64,000 nucleotides of DNA from Vicugna vicugna (Eukaryota), in assembly GCA_013265495.1 (NCBI GenBank), contig MU057521.1, positions 1,314,335 to 1,378,334 of the forward strand. Direction: 5' to 3'. Made by a program: the position numbers and the translations under genes. Of this stretch, positions 60,481 through 64,000 are shown one piece after another. The notes beneath the pieces were generated by a model, which saw only the letters and a program-made list of their open reading frames with translations, was not told where the DNA came from and made no database searches. Positions within the stretch are counted from its first letter, which is position 1, and each line of letters begins with the position of its first letter.

Positions 60481-63319
60481 GTAAGTGACTCTGCTGGTTT
60501 CTTCTGAGCAAAAATGCCTGGTCTTTGTGCAGCGCCTGGGGGCAAGTGTAATACGCCATTCAGGGAAGACAGAAGCTAACGTGGGGAAAGTTCAGCTCCA
60601 GCGTTTTCCCCTGATGAGCCTCTTCACTGGGTGGGTTTTGATTCAGTCCACGTGTCGGGTTTGTGGGCCATACCCCTGGGACTCTCCCTTCGTTTATCCG
60701 TGTCCTATGCCCTTTTGTGTTCAGGCTTCTCACAATGGGGTTAGACTTTAACTCCCAGCCTTGATCCCTGAAGACAGTGTCAGGATTGACCTCAGGACTG
60801 GCTGAAGTCCAAGTGTTCCCTTAGATTTCTGGTTTTGGGTTTGTTTTTAAAGCAATCTAGGCCTCAAATCTCCCCCCAAAAAACTCTTTAACAAATTTCA
60901 GAATAAACAAAATTGCTTAGTTAATCCTTGCTTAATTAATTAATATTTATTGAGAGGAGCTTGTTGATTCTAGGCCAAGATAATGATGCAGTGAGCTGTC
61001 CTGTAATACATTATGTGAGAAGCATCTTTTATCACCACTGCATATATTTATGGAACCAGGAGGATAATTTTACAATTTAAAATCATTATAGAGATTTATC
61101 GTTGCACCACTGCTTGAGTATGGCTAGCCCACAAATTGTAATATTATAACTCTTTTCTGTGAAGGTAAAACATCCTGTTTTATTATGTAGTTATAAGGAA
61201 CTTTGCCACTGATGGTGCGGGCTTCCTCTGGCTCTGGAGATTATTTGCAGTATGTGTGGGGGGTCGGGGATCAGGAATCTCTTCAAAAATCTTCTGAAAG
61301 CTTATAGACGCTCTACAGAAAACCGAATCTATGAATATATAACTATTTAAGGGGATTCGCAGAATCCTCCCAGCCTCCAAAAAAACATGGACCACCTTTA
61401 TCCTGGGATGCATTTTGCTTTTTCTTTCCTGCCTCTTTAAACTGCAAGCAGGTCTAGGTGCTGGTCTTTGAATTATGTTACATCTCTGAGGCAGCTCCAT
61501 TGGGCCCTAAACAGAGTCTGTTTTGCCTCATGCTGATGCTGGCTCCTGGCTTATTTGGTAGAAAATGTCCTTGAATCTGTTTTCCAAGCTTTGTGGTTTT
61601 CTGCACACAGATTCACTGATGTGTCAAGTCTGTATCAATTCTCAGTCAAACTGAAAGGAGGAGATAGGCTCGGGGATATTTTTCAAAGAACTGATGTGTT
61701 TATTCTTCCAAAGACCTCAACTTTTTTTTTTCTTTTTTTAAGATTTTAAGGAGTTTCCATGTCTAAAAGTTTGGCTCTGTCATTCGTTTGTACTGTTCTG
61801 TCTCTTTTCTAGAGGTTACTTTTCCTCCTATTGGTTGCAGACACACACAGAACACGAATGTTTGGGGCTGTGGGGAGTGGGAAGGCGGTGTGGCAGTGGC
61901 CGTGTCTTGTGACACTGCCAGGGGACAGACCGGTTTTTCCGTGGCTGACATCAGGAAGGTGACATTTGCCGCTGTGTGAAAATCAGCAGCAGTTCTGGGA
62001 AGAACAGGGTTAGCCAAATTGAAAGAGATCATTTTTCCTTAGTGTCATGAAAGCAAGAAGTCTGGTCTGAGCTCTCCTGCAAGGAGTTCAAGCAGGGCCC
62101 ATGTCTGCTTTCCTTTATCCTTTATTTCTCCAGTGCTGAACGTCTAGGCCTGGAGAAAAGAAAAAAAAAAAAAAAAGTGTGTCATCAACTAAGCGGTGTT
62201 AATTTGCAAAAAGTTTACACTGCTTTTTCTGTCTTCCTCTGATGCTCAGCCACATAAAACATCCGTTGAGAGTCTGCTCGCGGACAGACGCCAGCAAGGG
62301 AACTGGATTCAGGCGAAGCAGCAGCCAGATTGATTTTTGAGGCTGTGCTGTTCTCTCCAGAATTACTTCTACGTGAACCAGCCTTCTGGTTCCTGGTCAG
62401 CATAGTACTTTCTCATTATTCTTTTTTGTGAAGTGCCATAATTTATGTTCTATAAAACGTGTGAAAGAGGATGGAGCTGGGGTGAAAGTTAAAGAGTAGG
62501 GGATGGGGTTAATCCTGTGTGATCTAAAAGCCACTGTGCTCTCAGGACTTGAGGGAGGTGGCCTTTTTATTGGCTTTTGGATTTTTGTATGTGAGTATTT
62601 AAAAAAAAGAAAAAGAAAACTTACAACCAAATCAAGTGGTTTCTGCAGAAATGACATGGTTGGACACTTCCCCAGTAGGGAAAATTATCTCCTTTGCACC
62701 CAACTTCCTTTTGAAGAGAATGATAGTTCTTCAAAGGGCTCCACAAGTGTATCTTTCAAAATGAATACCCAGTGGTAAGTCTATTTTAGCAATGTAACAG
62801 CTCTTAAAGGACAGGGAGGATTATCAGCAAAAACCAGTGAAGGGGGAAAACATACTTGCGGTTTTGTCTTGCGTTAACCATGTTTTAATTTACGTCTTAA
62901 ATTATCATCCTGATGACATGATGGTGGTTACCTTACTTACAAGCCCTTTCACCTGGAGTTTGGAGAATTCTGTGTCTAGAAAGTTATTTCATGTGAAAGA
63001 AAGAACAACTTCTCATGATTAACGTGCCGCTAGTTGGCCAGTGACTTGCTTCAGGCTCCTGAGATCACTTAATTGGTTCAGATATTTCTGAGCTGGAGAG
63101 AGAGGTTTATTTGCAGGGCCCACAACAGTTCTTAATGAAAACAAGCTATGTGTTTTTCTGTCAGATCTTTATTGAGGGTCCACTGAGACAAGGAGATTCG
63201 GAAAAGCTTGGAAAACAAGTAGGGATTGGTGCGAGGGAGTGGGAATGGACAACACAAAAAGAATCAGTAATTTGAGAAAGTGAGGCCTTCCACGGCCCAC
63301 CCCCTCTAACGTGCACGCT

Positions 63320-64000
63320 CTTGTTCCCCTTCATCTGCTCACCCACTTCAGTTTGGCCAAGACCTGTGCTTTCGGTGGAAACCTCTCCCTTTCCTGCTTC
63401 TGCACTGTAACGTGCTTCCCCTGGCAGAAGCCACTGTCTTGGCACTGCCCCCTTTTCCAGAGAGCCCAGTTCCTCCTGTGCTTCAAGTTCCAGCTCAAAT
63501 GCTGCTTCTTAAACCAGGGTCGCAGGTCAGCTGCCTCGGTGGCCTCTCTCCCTTCCGTGTCCTCGCCAGCCCCTGGTAATTCATCTTGGCATCGTTCTCA
63601 GGGAGCCCAGCATGTTCACACCTGTATCCACAACCGTCTCTAGGCAGCCACGATCAATCGGCAGGAATTTCCATGTCCTTCACCACACCTGATATTTCTG
63701 GTCTTTCCTAAGGCAGCTTAGTCACAGTTTGCTAAGTGAATACATGTTCAGAAGCTCATTCATTCATTCGTCCAGCCATGAGTAACTAGAGGAGCAAGAG
63801 ACCGTATCTCCTGTTTGCTCCCTGACTCACGTTCAGCCTCCACCTCTTCTGTCTGTTCTGGGGAGCAGGGGTTCAGGTGGGGGATGGAAGGACTGCCACT
63901 AGCTGTCCTGGACAGACTTAGGTGTCCTGGGTAGAGGCGGCAGAGATGACAAGTAAGGAGGAGCTTGTCCGTCCAAGTGGCACAGATACACCCAGGCTGA
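63320..64000. mobile_element. L2 fragments in opposite orientations
   Basis: cttcaagttccagctcaaatgc...; cattcattcattc at about 63757. Confidence 0.5.

Noticed and set aside
1..64000. CRISPR arrays, operons or prokaryotic defence systems
   Set aside because: The window is intron-containing mammalian DNA and has no repeat-spacer array.

Overview
Mammalian genomic DNA, most likely a camelid (inferred from six tRNA-Ala-derived Vic-1-like SINEs). It holds the last coding exon and 3' UTR of RELCH (KIAA1468) at about 4.8-6.9 kb, a repeat-rich spacer (L2, nested L1s, MIR), and then the CpG-island promoter and coding exons 1-9 of TNFRSF11A (RANK), all on the + strand; exon 10 lies beyond the window. 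All RANK introns are GT-AG and the exons splice into one open frame of 1543 nt. The main anomaly is that RANK exon 1 has CTG (22017-22019) where the initiator ATG belongs, with no in-frame ATG upstream. This means either non-AUG initiation, a real deletion allele, or an assembly error in very GC-rich DNA. Smaller observations: a 60-bp templated insertion, substitutions in the RANKL-binding loop and third TRAF6 motif, competing acceptors at exons 2 and 9, and inverted SINE pairs around exons 2-4. I found no convincing new multi-gene system. Repeat subfamily names and ortholog comparisons are from recall, not from a database search.
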